DNA of 64,000 nt from Wickerhamiella versatilis (lineage: Eukaryota), in assembly GCA_030867685.1 (NCBI GenBank), contig JAQOWU010000008.1, positions 2,294,001 to 2,358,000 of the forward strand. The letters run 5' to 3'. The notes beneath the pieces were generated by a model, which had not been told where the DNA came from, made no database searches, and saw only the letters and a list, made by a program, of their open reading frames with translations. Both the position numbers and the translations under genes were made by a program. Numbering within the stretch: position 1 is the first letter of the stretch; the number at the start of each line of letters is the position of its first letter. This document shows, one piece after another, positions 50,488-61,027 of this stretch.

Positions 50488-51615
50488 ATGAGCCTTGTGC
50501 TGGGCCCGCGTACGGGTCTGGCTAAGATTGGTGCTTCGGGGAAAATCTATGTGGGAATGTCATCAGGAGTAGACTCCTCCACCGTGGCTTCTTGGCTATG
50601 TCGTGCGTTTGGAAAAGATAGGATTCGTGGTATTTTCATGAACAATTGGTCTTCGACCTCCCGCTGCTCTGAGCGGGATTGGGTGGACGTACAGAAAGTG
50701 TGTGATTTCATCGGAATTGAGAGGAAACGAGTCGATTTCAGTCGTGATTATTGGATCGATGTTTTCGAACCTTTGGTCTCTGCATATCGTCGAGGACTCA
50801 CGCCGAATCCTGACGTCTCCTGCAATCGTTATGTCAAATTTGGTGCATTGATGGAATACCTGCACAAGACAGATCCTGAATTTGGGTTTTTGGCCACAGG
50901 TCATTATGCAGGCTTACAGGATGGGCTACTTTGTCGGCCGACGTACTTGCCGAAGGACCAGAGCTATTATCTTTCCACAGTAGATCCGAAAGTATGGGAA
51001 AGAGTAATTTTTCCATTAGCACATACCACTAAGCCAGCTGTGCGTGAAGCTGCCAAGACCCTGGGGCTGCCCACGGCAACAAAGAGTGATTCTCAGGGTC
51101 TTTGCTTTGTTGAACAAGCAGACAAACATTTTGACAATTTCCTTGCAGAATATATCGAACCTCAAAGGGGACCAGTCATCACGACGGATGGTACTGTTGT
51201 GGGTGAACACAATGGTCTTTGGACGGCAACAATTGGACAACGAACAAGTATCTCTATGCCCCAGGCCAACCCGTTAACCAGAGGAAAGTGGTTTGTATGT
51301 AATAAACTTCCTCAAAATAATACAATGGTAATTGCCAGGGGCCATGATAGTGAGCATCTTTACAGCAGATTGGTGAGGTGTAGATCTTTTGTATGGCATT
51401 CCAAGCCCCATGGACATTTACAAGCCCAATTCCGTTCTCTACAAGTTCCTGTTGATGTAGATACGTTTTCTGATAATGATGGAGAGCTGGTAGTGACTTT
51501 GGCTGAGAGTCGACGAGGGATCGCTCCCGGACAAAATTTAGTTATATACGAAGGAGCCAAGGTTATTGGGGCCGGCGTGATTTCTTCAACTGATAAAGTG
51601 GCAGAGGCAGTATAA
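50488..51615 (+). CDS. SLM3: Mitochondrial tRNA 2-thiouridylase (MnmA/Mtu1)
   Basis: MSSGVDS, TPNPDVSCN, ATGHY, KDQSY, DSQGLCF, APGQ; first ATG at 50488. Confidence 0.94.
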   Translation: MSLVLGPRTGLAKIGASGKIYVGMSSGVDSSTVASWLCRAFGKDRIRGIFMNNWSSTSRCSERDWVDVQKVCDFIGIERKRVDFSRDYWIDVFEPLVSAYRRGLTPNPDVSCNRYVKFGALMEYLHKTDPEFGFLATGHYAGLQDGLLCRPTYLPKDQSYYLSTVDPKVWERVIFPLAHTTKPAVREAAKTLGLPTATKSDSQGLCFVEQADKHFDNFLAEYIEPQRGPVITTDGTVVGEHNGLWTATIGQRTSISMPQANPLTRGKWFVCNKLPQNNTMVIARGHDSEHLYSRLVRCRSFVWHSKPHGHLQAQFRSLQVPVDVDTFSDNDGELVVTLAESRRGIAPGQNLVIYEGAKVIGAGVISSTDKVAEAV

Positions 51616-51850
51616 TGTGATTCGCTTTGCTGTTTTATTGAGTCTTGCATATAGCATAATGTACATACATATTACGGTACACAACTGTACAAATGAACCA
51701 CTTTATCTTGGTACTCTTTGAGCCTACCAATAAACTAAAAGTATATCTGTAGCATTATCCATATAATTTAATTATGCCAAAGTTCTATTCCGACTTAAAT
51801 ATACATTACTTGGTTTATTGCGTGATTGTGCACTGAAACCCACAAAAACG

Positions 51851-52796
51851 TTAAGCATCGCGAGAGGGTACTAAACCAGGAAACAGGTCTTCAGCTTTCA
51901 CACCACGGCGTTTTTTTTGTGCTACAAAGTAAGCTTCTCGTGATTCGCTTCTAGTAGCGTCAGGCTTCACACGATTTACATACCTGAACGCGAGCTTTAG
52001 ACGAGACTCGAGCTGCTTGTCTTCAGCTCCTGTGTAAAATTTACAAACCATACTCCCGCCCACTTTTAAGCAACTCATACTAAATATCAAAGCTGCATCA
52101 CACAAGTCCTGTGTTGAGTTAGTACCAATTCGAACCAGAAAGTAACTGATAACTTACCATGCTATATGCGTGATCGCGTGCAATTAATCCACTCACATTC
52201 TGTAACCTGAAGTAGGGGTAGTTAGCAACGTTCGTCCAGAAACCACTTGTCTGCGGCCAGGGTGCATACATATCGCTCAATATAACATCTGCCATTCCTT
52301 TTCTACCTCGCGGTGCACTACTTTCATGCTTATCTGCCTCATCAACATCCTTTTCAAAGTCTTCCAGGGTGTCAGTGATAGTTTGAGGCATGACGGCAGA
52401 TAGTGACCGGGGTGTACCAATTCTGCGATTGCGGACTAATTTTTTGACTTCATCTTGGACAGCAACACTTAAGAAGTTACCTTGTACTGCTATAACTCCT
52501 GGTGGCGGCTGTACTTGTAACATATCAACACCAATGACGCGACCATTGGGCCGCGTTCGCCGTACTGCTACTTGGCTCCAACTTCCAGGAGCAAAGCCCA
52601 AGTCTACAACAGTTTGTCCAGGTCGGAAGATTCTAAAACGTGAATCAATTTCTAAAAGCTTAAATGCTGCTCGAGACCTGTAGTCCTCTGCTTTAGCTTG
52701 GCGAGTGAAGGAGTCACTAGTCTGACGATCCAGCCAACGGATCTGGGAGCCGCTTTTTTTAGCCAGAGTACCTCCAGCATGAAAAAAACGTTTCAT
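51851..52796 (-). CDS. MRM2: Mitochondrial rRNA 2'-O-methyltransferase Mrm2 (FtsJ/RrmJ); exons 52796-52158 and 52108-51851
   Basis: YRSRAAFKL, DLGFAPGSW, SDM; splicing joins HAYSM to DLCDAAL and restores KFY and SRE motifs. Confidence 0.92.
52109..52157 (-). other. 49-nt spliceosomal intron in MRM2
   Basis: GTAAGT...TACTAAC-TCAACA-CAG, phase 0, joins two ORF-track fragments in frame. Confidence 0.92.
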
Positions 52797-52976
52797 ATGA
52801 AAAATAAATCAACAACAATGTCCGCAATGGCCTCAATACACACCGAAGGTGGAACAGCCAAGATCGAGGTTCAGAATGTATTAGTAATATGGGGCTTAGG
52901 GCTCCATATACATTACTCGCCCTGCCGCAGAACGTACTCATCTCCAAGTTGATTACACCAATTAGTTGGTAGACTC

Positions 52977-53630
52977 ATGTCGTCCAAGATCAGCTCCGCC
53001 GCCGTCCGTGAGGAGGTCCAAAAAGTGCTTGAGCACTCCCAGCAGAAGAAGCGTAACTTTCTGGAGACCATCGAGCTCCAGATTGGCTTGAAAAACTACG
53101 ACCCGCAGCGTGACAAGCGTTTCTCTGGTACTATCAAGCTGCCAGCTGTGCCGCGCCCTAACATGACTATCTGCGTTTTCGGTGATGCCGTCGATGTTGA
53201 CCGTGCGAAGGGCTGTGGTGTTGACGCTATGAGTGTCGATGACCTCAAGAAGCTCAACAAGAACAAGAAGTTGATCAAAAAGTTGGCTAAGAAGTACAAC
53301 GCTTTCATTGCATCTGAGGCCATGATCAAGCAGATCCCCCGTCTCTTGGGTCCTGGTCTGTCTAAGGCTGGTAAGTTCCCTACCCCAGTCTCTCACTCTG
53401 AGGATTTGGCCTCCAAGATCACTGACGTGAAGTCCACCATCAAGTTCCAGCTTAAGAAGGTTCTTTGCTTGGCTGTTGCTGTTGGTCACGTTGATATGGA
53501 CGAGAACCAGATCACCCAGCAGATCATGCTTGCTTCCAACTTCTTGGTTTCTCTGCTCAAGAAGCACTGGCAGAACGTTGGATCCTTGGTCATCAAGTCC
53601 ACTATGGGTCCTGCTTTCCGCATCTACTAA
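52977..53630 (+). CDS. RPL1: 60S ribosomal protein uL1 (L1/L10a)
   Basis: [33 protein letters not shown]; strong codon bias. Confidence 0.98.
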   Translation: MSSKISSAAVREEVQKVLEHSQQKKRNFLETIELQIGLKNYDPQRDKRFSGTIKLPAVPRPNMTICVFGDAVDVDRAKGCGVDAMSVDDLKKLNKNKKLIKKLAKKYNAFIASEAMIKQIPRLLGPGLSKAGKFPTPVSHSEDLASKITDVKSTIKFQLKKVLCLAVAVGHVDMDENQITQQIMLASNFLVSLLKKHWQNVGSLVIKSTMGPAFRIY

Positions 53631-53787
53631 GTTTAGGCTATATGGGTTGTAATTTTTCTCTGTTATTCTTAAACACTTTAGTCCTCTGGGTTCATAAGTG
53701 CCTTAAGGTTTTAATGGTTCTACAATGGGCAATGGCTACTACTTTGTTACTTGCTTGGGCTAGGGCCAGGATTTATCATCACTCTTC

Positions 53788-54474
53788 ATGGCCGATGGAA
53801 CCAGCAGTACCGAAGTTACAATATCTGCACCAGATGTATTGAATTTGGAGAACCACGATGCTATGGGTCTCGTTGCTGAACTCATTGAAAAATTATTACA
53901 CGTACATGAAGAGCATATGTCCAAGCGAAATGATACGCGACGGTCTTTTGATCAAGCCATGGCTGAATCGAGTGGTTTTGTGCAGAAGTTACGCGTAGCT
54001 CCATCGGCAGTACCGTCAGATCTCAGCGATGAGGAAGCAGTGATAAAAGAAGAAGAGAATGATCACTCCCCGGAGGATGATGAAGCCGCACAACACTTGT
54101 ATCGGCGGTTTTGGCTTAAAAAAATCCCACGGTTGTCTCCAAGAGAATATCTTGCACGCTTTCACCGATATTGCACAAGCTCAACCGCTACATATCTTAC
54201 TGCAGGACGTTTGATTTACAGTGTTTCTATAGAAAAGCGCATGCTCCCTGTGACTCCACACAACGTATACAGACTATTTTCTGCAGCTTTTTTGATCTCA
54301 GCAAAATTCATAGAAGATCTTTTATACCCTATGTCGCGTTATGCCACGACTGCGGGAGTGTCCAAGAACGAACTTGCAACGCTTGAGGTCACCCTGCTTC
54401 TTCTGGTAGATTTCGACGTTAAGACTGATCTTGAATCCATGAGACAAGATCTCACGAAGTGGGCTAATTTATGA
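53788..54474 (+). CDS. Pho80/Pcl-family cyclin
   Basis: YLARFHRYC, NVYRL, KFIED, GVS...LE...L cyclin-box motifs. Confidence 0.8.
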   Translation: MADGTSSTEVTISAPDVLNLENHDAMGLVAELIEKLLHVHEEHMSKRNDTRRSFDQAMAESSGFVQKLRVAPSAVPSDLSDEEAVIKEEENDHSPEDDEAAQHLYRRFWLKKIPRLSPREYLARFHRYCTSSTATYLTAGRLIYSVSIEKRMLPVTPHNVYRLFSAAFLISAKFIEDLLYPMSRYATTAGVSKNELATLEVTLLLLVDFDVKTDLESMRQDLTKWANL

Positions 54475-54541
54475 ATATATTATGAGAAAACAAATGATTC
54501 ATGTCTTTAGCATATAGAAATATAATTAGTAAGCTAAACGA

Positions 54542-55225
54542 ATGCGCGCGCTATGCGGGCTCTTAGATGTAGCACTTGCCGGTTTATTATGGACTACGAA
54601 TGAGCAGCAGCTTTGCAATCCCGATCCAGCAGATATATACTCACATTATACGGGATTTCGAGCTTATAGCAGAATTTCCTACGGATGGCCTATTTTATAT
54701 CACTGGCATGTCATTGAATGCCAAAGGGGGCGTATCACTAACGAAGAATTTATACCGTCCACCCGCGATGGTGATTTTCCGTGGACATCAGAAATTTGTT
54801 TCCCAAACGAAAAATGCTTTGTGGCTGTTCGCCGAAAGCAATATGCTGGTCGCAAACTCCCAATATACCGCGCAGATAAGCGTATAGGCGGACTTTTTGA
54901 GTGTACAAATGACGAGGTAGAGCCAGTGGACCCTTTGTACGCTGTCAGCCAGAGCTTAAGCTTTTCCTACCAGCATTGGTTTCGTCGAGTTCGCTATGTC
55001 CCGTTATGGCTTTCACAAGAACCCACAAGTTTATATGAGAAATGGGAACAAGAATTGGACCTAGAAGAAAAATATGAATACAGCGCCGTTGATAAAACAA
55101 AACCTTGGTATATCGCCAATCAAGCTGTAAATGCCATGTCACATATTCGCTTCGAGGAGGGTATCATGCCGTGGGAATTTGATGCATTGGAAAAAGCTTT
55201 AAACAAGACTGATAGCGGGGATTGA
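54542..55225 (+). CDS. Hypothetical protein, no recognised family
   Basis: 227-aa ATG ORF occupying a gene-sized slot without overlapping neighbours. Confidence 0.6.
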   Translation: MRALCGLLDVALAGLLWTTNEQQLCNPDPADIYSHYTGFRAYSRISYGWPILYHWHVIECQRGRITNEEFIPSTRDGDFPWTSEICFPNEKCFVAVRRKQYAGRKLPIYRADKRIGGLFECTNDEVEPVDPLYAVSQSLSFSYQHWFRRVRYVPLWLSQEPTSLYEKWEQELDLEEKYEYSAVDKTKPWYIANQAVNAMSHIRFEEGIMPWEFDALEKALNKTDSGD

Positions 55226-55314
55226 GGGGTTCTTTGTAGTTATTATATCTGCTGTTGCGATTCTGTATTCTCGTAGTTTTCATATCGAAAGCAATAAAAT
55301 AATTCAGGAGAAAC

Positions 55315-57585
55315 TCAATGTTTGTTCCATGGACGCTGGAAGAGATTTGTTCTCGAGTTATTTGGTTCAGAGCTTCCCGAGTTATTTCCGAGTCCAAAAG
55401 AAGTTTGAGATTCTGATGCCTTATGGCCAAGTTGCGTGTTAAGATCATTCAAGACGGGAATACTGACAGAAGATCCCATCGTTCGGGTACGATCATCAGA
55501 TGATGAGCTAGTAGCGTTGGCCACCGCTGGTGGCTCAAATGGGTCGTTGAACTGCGAACCAGTCTCCTTGGACTCGAACCAATCTGGACTGTCACCATAG
55601 TCTTGGTGATCTGCTTGAGCGGCATGACCCAACGCCAACAGCTCTCCTGCCTCAGGGTTATCAAGATTCTGTTTCTCCATAATAAAGCTTTGACGGTCAT
55701 CGCGTACATTATGACCGGAATTTGTGCCATCAGCTGGACGCTTGTAGATACATATAGCCCCATATATGATGGTGTAAAGCAACAGCACCAAAGACAGAGC
55801 TGCGTTTATAATAAAGAATAAAACTCCCATCACTCCATTCACAATCAACGGCTGCGTCATGAGATTGGAAAAGAATAAGAAGAAACACGCATTCAGAGTC
55901 ATGACTACTTGCACCGTTATGTTTATCGCATTGGCTGCGTATGAGAGGAAAGGTTTCAAAACACAGATTGCAACCAACATTGCCAATTCGATCAAGAATA
56001 TAGCGAGTGCCTGCGTCATACCACTCTCCTGAGAAAAGGCAATGAAGCACGCCTTAACAAACTGGTAAACGAACACAATATGCATCCAGTAGAAGTAGTC
56101 AGAGTGGAACATAGAATACAAAAACCCATATTTTTCCAATGTGGGCGGGTGACTATATAACAGGTAAGCGGGTGTTCCAAATTCACGGGCGGACTTCAGC
56201 GCAATAAGTGTTACACGGACCAAATTGAAAATCAGGATACCAAGTGTAAGAACGAAGATAAACACACTCACAGTGATAACAGCCGCGCTGTCCTGCTGAA
56301 CCCACTCCCACATACAGAAGATCATCAGCGAGGGATAAGCGATATGCAGGAGTTTGAGCAAAGTTCCCTTTAAAATGTTTCTGAGCTTGGGTGCATACTC
56401 CGTCATGCGAGGGTGGGCACTACGTCCCTGGGGTCCACGTGTCATGAGGAACATGGTTCCTGTGACGGCAGCAAATATAATAGCCACGCATATACAGATA
56501 AAAACGAAAATGGTCCACGTCGTCAATACAGCACCTGTTTCTTCAATGCCCATTTTGTAGGCAACACGTTTGATGCCGCGGTAGACCACAACTAGTCTGG
56601 TGGATTTAACATAAGATTCCTTGGCTCCTTGATCCTTTCTCTTGGCAAGGGAGTGTGCCAACGAAACAGGGCCCGTGTCAATACCCGAATCATGACCTTG
56701 ACTCATCTGGAAACCTAGGTATTCGGCCACTTTAGGTGTCATTTGCTTCATCTTATCCATTGAACGCTGAACAAGGACAGACTTAGTGGGGTACTTCATG
56801 AATGTGGCTGGTGTACCACCGGTAGCTTGAACATACCACCTAAAGATACTCTGCATGAACTTTATATACACAAGTCCAACGCTCCATGCAACATTTTCAG
56901 CCCATGAGGACGCCATGGGAGGTACACGCTCGACTGCCTCCATATCTAGAATGACCATACTTTGGAAATAAGAAAACATGAGAGTCGTGGTGGCGGACAC
57001 ATGCTGTGCTGTCACCGACGAGCCAAAGTAAGACAGTACCGCGCATATGAGGATGCCCACTCCGCTAAGAACAGCAGTGACCCATTTCACGGCCGTCTGC
57101 TCCACTGTCTTAGTATTACGGGCGTCGATCCGGACACAGGCCTGGGTTTCATGAGTTGTCAGGTTCTTGACATTGAGTATACCCCAAGCATCCGCATCAG
57201 GCACCTGAAACGCGATTCCTGGAATCTTCGATAATACAGAGTCACCCAAAGTTGTCTCACCTTGAATATCGATCTCACCCGTCGTAAGTGGGCATAATTG
57301 CTTCAGAACCGAGGACGAGTGGCAAGGATCAATCGTCGTATTAATAGCCTTAAGACCATATATAAACAACTGCAACTCTGCGTAGACATACCCAGAAACT
57401 TCCAGGTTGACACGAGCATCATACTTGACCTTCCCTGAAGCCCGATCTAGGGAAAAGTAGAACTTAGACGCAGTGACACCGGATGAATTAAGACACGGCA
57501 CTAGAGACTGTGCATAAAGGGCTTGCTTGGCTTGAACATGGCTAATATAAAACCAGGCGTAGAAGATCCATGCTAGCGGTCTCAT
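55315..57585 (-). CDS. TRP-like Flc/Pkd2 family membrane protein
   Basis: Signal peptide, ML-like N-terminal domain (IPGIAFQVPD), WYVQATGG, multiple TM helices. Confidence 0.88.
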   Translation of the reverse strand: MRPLAWIFYAWFYISHVQAKQALYAQSLVPCLNSSGVTASKFYFSLDRASGKVKYDARVNLEVSGYVYAELQLFIYGLKAINTTIDPCHSSSVLKQLCPLTTGEIDIQGETTLGDSVLSKIPGIAFQVPDADAWGILNVKNLTTHETQACVRIDARNTKTVEQTAVKWVTAVLSGVGILICAVLSYFGSSVTAQHVSATTTLMFSYFQSMVILDMEAVERVPPMASSWAENVAWSVGLVYIKFMQSIFRWYVQATGGTPATFMKYPTKSVLVQRSMDKMKQMTPKVAEYLGFQMSQGHDSGIDTGPVSLAHSLAKRKDQGAKESYVKSTRLVVVYRGIKRVAYKMGIEETGAVLTTWTIFVFICICVAIIFAAVTGTMFLMTRGPQGRSAHPRMTEYAPKLRNILKGTLLKLLHIAYPSLMIFCMWEWVQQDSAAVITVSVFIFVLTLGILIFNLVRVTLIALKSAREFGTPAYLLYSHPPTLEKYGFLYSMFHSDYFYWMHIVFVYQFVKACFIAFSQESGMTQALAIFLIELAMLVAICVLKPFLSYAANAINITVQVVMTLNACFFLFFSNLMTQPLIVNGVMGVLFFIINAALSLVLLLYTIIYGAICIYKRPADGTNSGHNVRDDRQSFIMEKQNLDNPEAGELLALGHAAQADHQDYGDSPDWFESKETGSQFNDPFEPPAVANATSSSSDDRTRTMGSSVSIPVLNDLNTQLGHKASESQTSFGLGNNSGSSEPNNSRTNLFQRPWNKH

Positions 57586-58265
57586 TTTTTTGACGGGACG
57601 CGCAAGGGATGATCTTACTAATTAATGGGTTTGACGGCATTTCTCGAATCAGATGGGTCCAACGCAACCGCGGTATTTGTGGCGACCACTGGCAAAAGTG
57701 CAATGTTTTAGAACTACCATTAGACAATTATATAGCTTATCCACACCTTTGTTCCAACTCTAACGCTTATTTGTTCTTAATATAGAACACACTCTGTGGC
57801 TGAGTATTTGTCAGGTATGTCATCTGTCCCTGGTAGAAAGAGTGAAATTCCCTTGCTATGTCTCAGAATAGTTCCAGCCACTTAGCATTTTTAACAATTA
57901 GAAGCATATACACACTCTTTTTATGGGGGTTCTTTCGGACTTGAAGAAATATATTTCTCCGACTCTACATTCCAATACAGGGTTAGGTCTCTCCCACATC
58001 ACCCATTCCACCATGGATAGCCTCCTCAGCCCTCTGCGAAACCTGCTGAAACCTACCCATTGCAAGGTTTTCTGCTGACAGGAAAATGTTTCAGAAGTAG
58101 CGCTGGCAATTTTATTGCTTGAATGCCCCTGCAAAAAGCTTCAATTAGTATGTTGAATTTTTTTTTAAAAAATTTATTATTGATATTCGTTGTTGCATAA
58201 AACTTTGTTCGAATTGACTTTAAAGCTAGTTATTTACAGTAGCAGGTGACGCGGATCGCGTGCCC

Positions 58266-58293
58266 CGCCGCGTGACTCGCCGCGTGACTCGCC
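58266..58293. repeat. 12-bp tandem repeat (about 2.3 copies) upstream of AVO2
   Basis: CGCCGCGTGACT CGCCGCGTGACT CGCC. Confidence 0.85.
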
Positions 58294-58359
58294 TCACATG
58301 GCGTTGCCCAGTTGTTACGTGATTGGGAGCGTGATCGGAATCCTCTTGGAGGGCGCATA

Positions 58360-58998
58360 ATGGATACGTCGCAACGGCTCAGGGAAGCCATTCGACACAA
58401 TAAATTAGCCACAGTGTCGTTGATCCTGGAGCGATATCCGAGGCTCATTGAGAACCGCGATCTCTCGAATGGCTGGACCAACTTGCACTATGCTGCTTAT
58501 CACGGACACTACCAGATATGTGTTGAATTGATTACGAGGGGGCACGATAAAAAAGAGGTAAGCCTTAGCATTGACAGATGCACTCCTCTGCATTTAGCGG
58601 CGTTGAAAAATCGGGAGCAGGCTCTTCATTATTTAGCACAGCATATACAACGCAGCATTGATTGGCAGAACATCAGAGGCCACACTGCCTTATATGTTGC
58701 GGCAGAGTGTGGGAATGATCCTTGCGTGAATATTCTAGCAGATTTTGGAGCCCAGCTCGATATTGGTGACTTGCGAGGCACTCGGCCTCTGCATGTTGCT
58801 GCCGCTTATGGCTACGTTAAAGTTCTTCGTACCCTCGTTGATCGAGGAGCTGATGGAATGACACCGAATGATGAGGGTTGGTCACCCTCTGACTTCGGTT
58901 CTACAAAAGAAGTTCAACAATACCTTCGTACTTTACTCGCAGATCATGGGCCTTCGCAGCAGGTTAACAGCGCAACTCCAAGCACCCCACCTCGATAG
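58360..58998 (+). CDS. AVO2: Ankyrin-repeat TORC2 subunit Avo2-like
   Basis: RLREAI, NGWTNLHYAAYHG, GHDK, several ankyrin repeats; first ATG at 58360. Confidence 0.82.
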   Translation: MDTSQRLREAIRHNKLATVSLILERYPRLIENRDLSNGWTNLHYAAYHGHYQICVELITRGHDKKEVSLSIDRCTPLHLAALKNREQALHYLAQHIQRSIDWQNIRGHTALYVAAECGNDPCVNILADFGAQLDIGDLRGTRPLHVAAAYGYVKVLRTLVDRGADGMTPNDEGWSPSDFGSTKEVQQYLRTLLADHGPSQQVNSATPSTPPR

Positions 58999-59323
58999 TG
59001 GTGAATTGCAGGTAAATCTAAAGTAAAAATGACTTCGAAGAACTGTTTTTATCAGTATATATATTTTCAATCTCATCCATTCTCAAGCTTTAGAGGCATC
59101 ATGCTGTAAATTAATACCCCGAATAGAGTTGCAAAATATATTTCTCTATTGAGATAGCTATTTTGTATTGTCTTCGTGAACTTTAATGTAACCTTCGTTG
59201 TTCAATAGCTTTTACTCGGATAAACTTACCCTAAGCCTGGCCCATAAACTGTTGAGGGGTTGAGGGTAGGAGGGTAGTCGTCCTGACACATTATTACTGA
59301 GTGACTGAAGCTATCTTTCAAGG

Positions 59324-60997
59324 ATGCCTATTAGTCTCGACGGGACAAGATCCAAGTTTAGCAAGAGGGTGGTTGGATTTATCTTGGGGGGTATTATTAT
59401 TATGGTCGCACTCGGAGCTTGGATGTTCAGCGGCGGGGAAACTGATTCAACTCCCGAGGATCAATGCGTTCAGCCTGAAGTATTGGAGCCTAGCAATCAA
59501 TGGGAAAGCGCTCTCACTTTCTTTGAACCCGATTACAAGCAGGAAAGTGCAAAACTGCTTTCCATGGCTGTGCAAATCCCCACTGAATCGTATGACGATA
59601 TGGCATTGAATGTAACTTCGGACAAAAGATTTGAAGTATTTAAAGATTTCCACAAGTTCATCGCCAAGCACTTCCTAAAGGCCTGGAAACATGTGGAGAC
59701 TGTAAACACTTATGGACTGCTTTACACCTTCAAGGGAAAGAATCCTGATTTGAAACCAGGTGTATTCATGGCTCATCAAGACGTTGTTCCTGTAAACCGT
59801 GAAACTGTGGACCAATGGAAGTTTCCTCCATTCAGTGGATACTTTGATGGTGAATTTATTTATGGTCGTGGATCTTCTGACACCAAAAATACCCTTATCG
59901 CAATTCTTGAGGCTATCGAAGCACTATTGGATCAAAGGTGGCAGCCTGAGCGCACTGTAATATTAAGCTTTGGTTTTGACGAAGAAATATATGGTATTAG
60001 AGGGGCGAAGCATCTTGCAGCAGAAATCTATTCGAGATATGGTGCTTCTGGTCTGGAGTACATTGTCGATGAAGGGGTTGGGCTTCGAGATGTTCAGGGT
60101 ACGACTTTTGCACTTCCTGCTGTAGCGGAAAAAGGCCGTGTGGACTTCAAGGTTGTGTTAGAGACGGCCGGTGGTCATTCTTCGATACCTCCTGATCATA
60201 CCGGAATAGGCATACTTTCAGAATTAATCACCGAGTTGGAGGACGATAAAATTGCATTGACGCTTCCTGAAGGTGATAAAGGCGTTGTCTTGGCTGGATA
60301 TGCATGTATGGGACAGCATGCATCCGAGATGGACCCGGCGACACGCCAAGTGTTACGGCATTTGAATCGGAAGTCAAATAGGGATGTGTTGCTGGGAATA
60401 ATAGATGCTTCATTGGAAACTCGAAACTTGGTCGGTACGACACAGGCAATCGATGTTATTTCAGGTGGAGTTAAGGTTAATGCTCTCCCGGAGCATGTGG
60501 AAATGTTTATGGACCACAGGATAAATCTCGACTCAAGTGTGAGTGCTCTTGTTGACCGGATTTCCAAGCATGCTAGCGAACTGGGCAGTCGATATGGTCT
60601 AACGGTAGCAATTGGAAATGAAACTATTTCAAAGGGTTCTGAAGGTAAGCTTCAGGTTGAAGTCCTCCCCGGCGCCTTGGACCCAGCTCCTGTGTCACCA
60701 TATAATGCCAATGATACAGTGTGGAACATTATTGGTGGAACAACTCGGCATGTTTTTGAATCGTTGTTGGGGGAAGATACTGTTATTATTGCTCCTTCAG
60801 CTATCCCTGCCAATACCGACACAGCGCACTACTGGAAACTAACTGATCATATCTACAGATTTAATCCAGTTCGGAGTGAAGATGTCGAGGGAATTCATAC
60901 TGTGAATGAGAGACTTCGTCTATCAGGACACTTATCATCTGTTGCATGGTTCTACGAATTCTTCATCAATGCTGCTACTAATTCTCACGCTCAATAA
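59324..60997 (+). CDS. CPS1: M20 vacuolar carboxypeptidase S
   Basis: N-terminal TM anchor, AHQDVVP, GRGSSDTK, GFDEE, GGHSSIPP, IHTVNE. Confidence 0.9.
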   Translation: MPISLDGTRSKFSKRVVGFILGGIIIMVALGAWMFSGGETDSTPEDQCVQPEVLEPSNQWESALTFFEPDYKQESAKLLSMAVQIPTESYDDMALNVTSDKRFEVFKDFHKFIAKHFLKAWKHVETVNTYGLLYTFKGKNPDLKPGVFMAHQDVVPVNRETVDQWKFPPFSGYFDGEFIYGRGSSDTKNTLIAILEAIEALLDQRWQPERTVILSFGFDEEIYGIRGAKHLAAEIYSRYGASGLEYIVDEGVGLRDVQGTTFALPAVAEKGRVDFKVVLETAGGHSSIPPDHTGIGILSELITELEDDKIALTLPEGDKGVVLAGYACMGQHASEMDPATRQVLRHLNRKSNRDVLLGIIDASLETRNLVGTTQAIDVISGGVKVNALPEHVEMFMDHRINLDSSVSALVDRISKHASELGSRYGLTVAIGNETISKGSEGKLQVEVLPGALDPAPVSPYNANDTVWNIIGGTTRHVFESLLGEDTVIIAPSAIPANTDTAHYWKLTDHIYRFNPVRSEDVEGIHTVNERLRLSGHLSSVAWFYEFFINAATNSHAQ

Positions 60998-61027
60998 ATA
61001 AATAGTAATGTCATGCCTAAAAACTCA

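Noticed and set aside
1566..51615. UBA4, the trans-sulfuration enzyme and SLM3 as a sulfur or tRNA-thiolation cluster
   Set aside because: Separated by many unrelated genes over 50 kb; most likely coincidence
51851..52796. MRM2 appearing as two ORFs (frameshift or pseudogene)
   Set aside because: Fully explained by a canonical 49-nt intron
52962..53567. 201-aa antisense ORF over RPL1, and similar shadow ORFs over HSP60 and other genes
   Set aside because: Expected by-product of strong codon bias on the sense strand; no recognisable protein features
57815..57901. GTATGT...TTTAAC...TAG possible intron on the plus strand
   Set aside because: Weak branch site and no ORF restored by splicing
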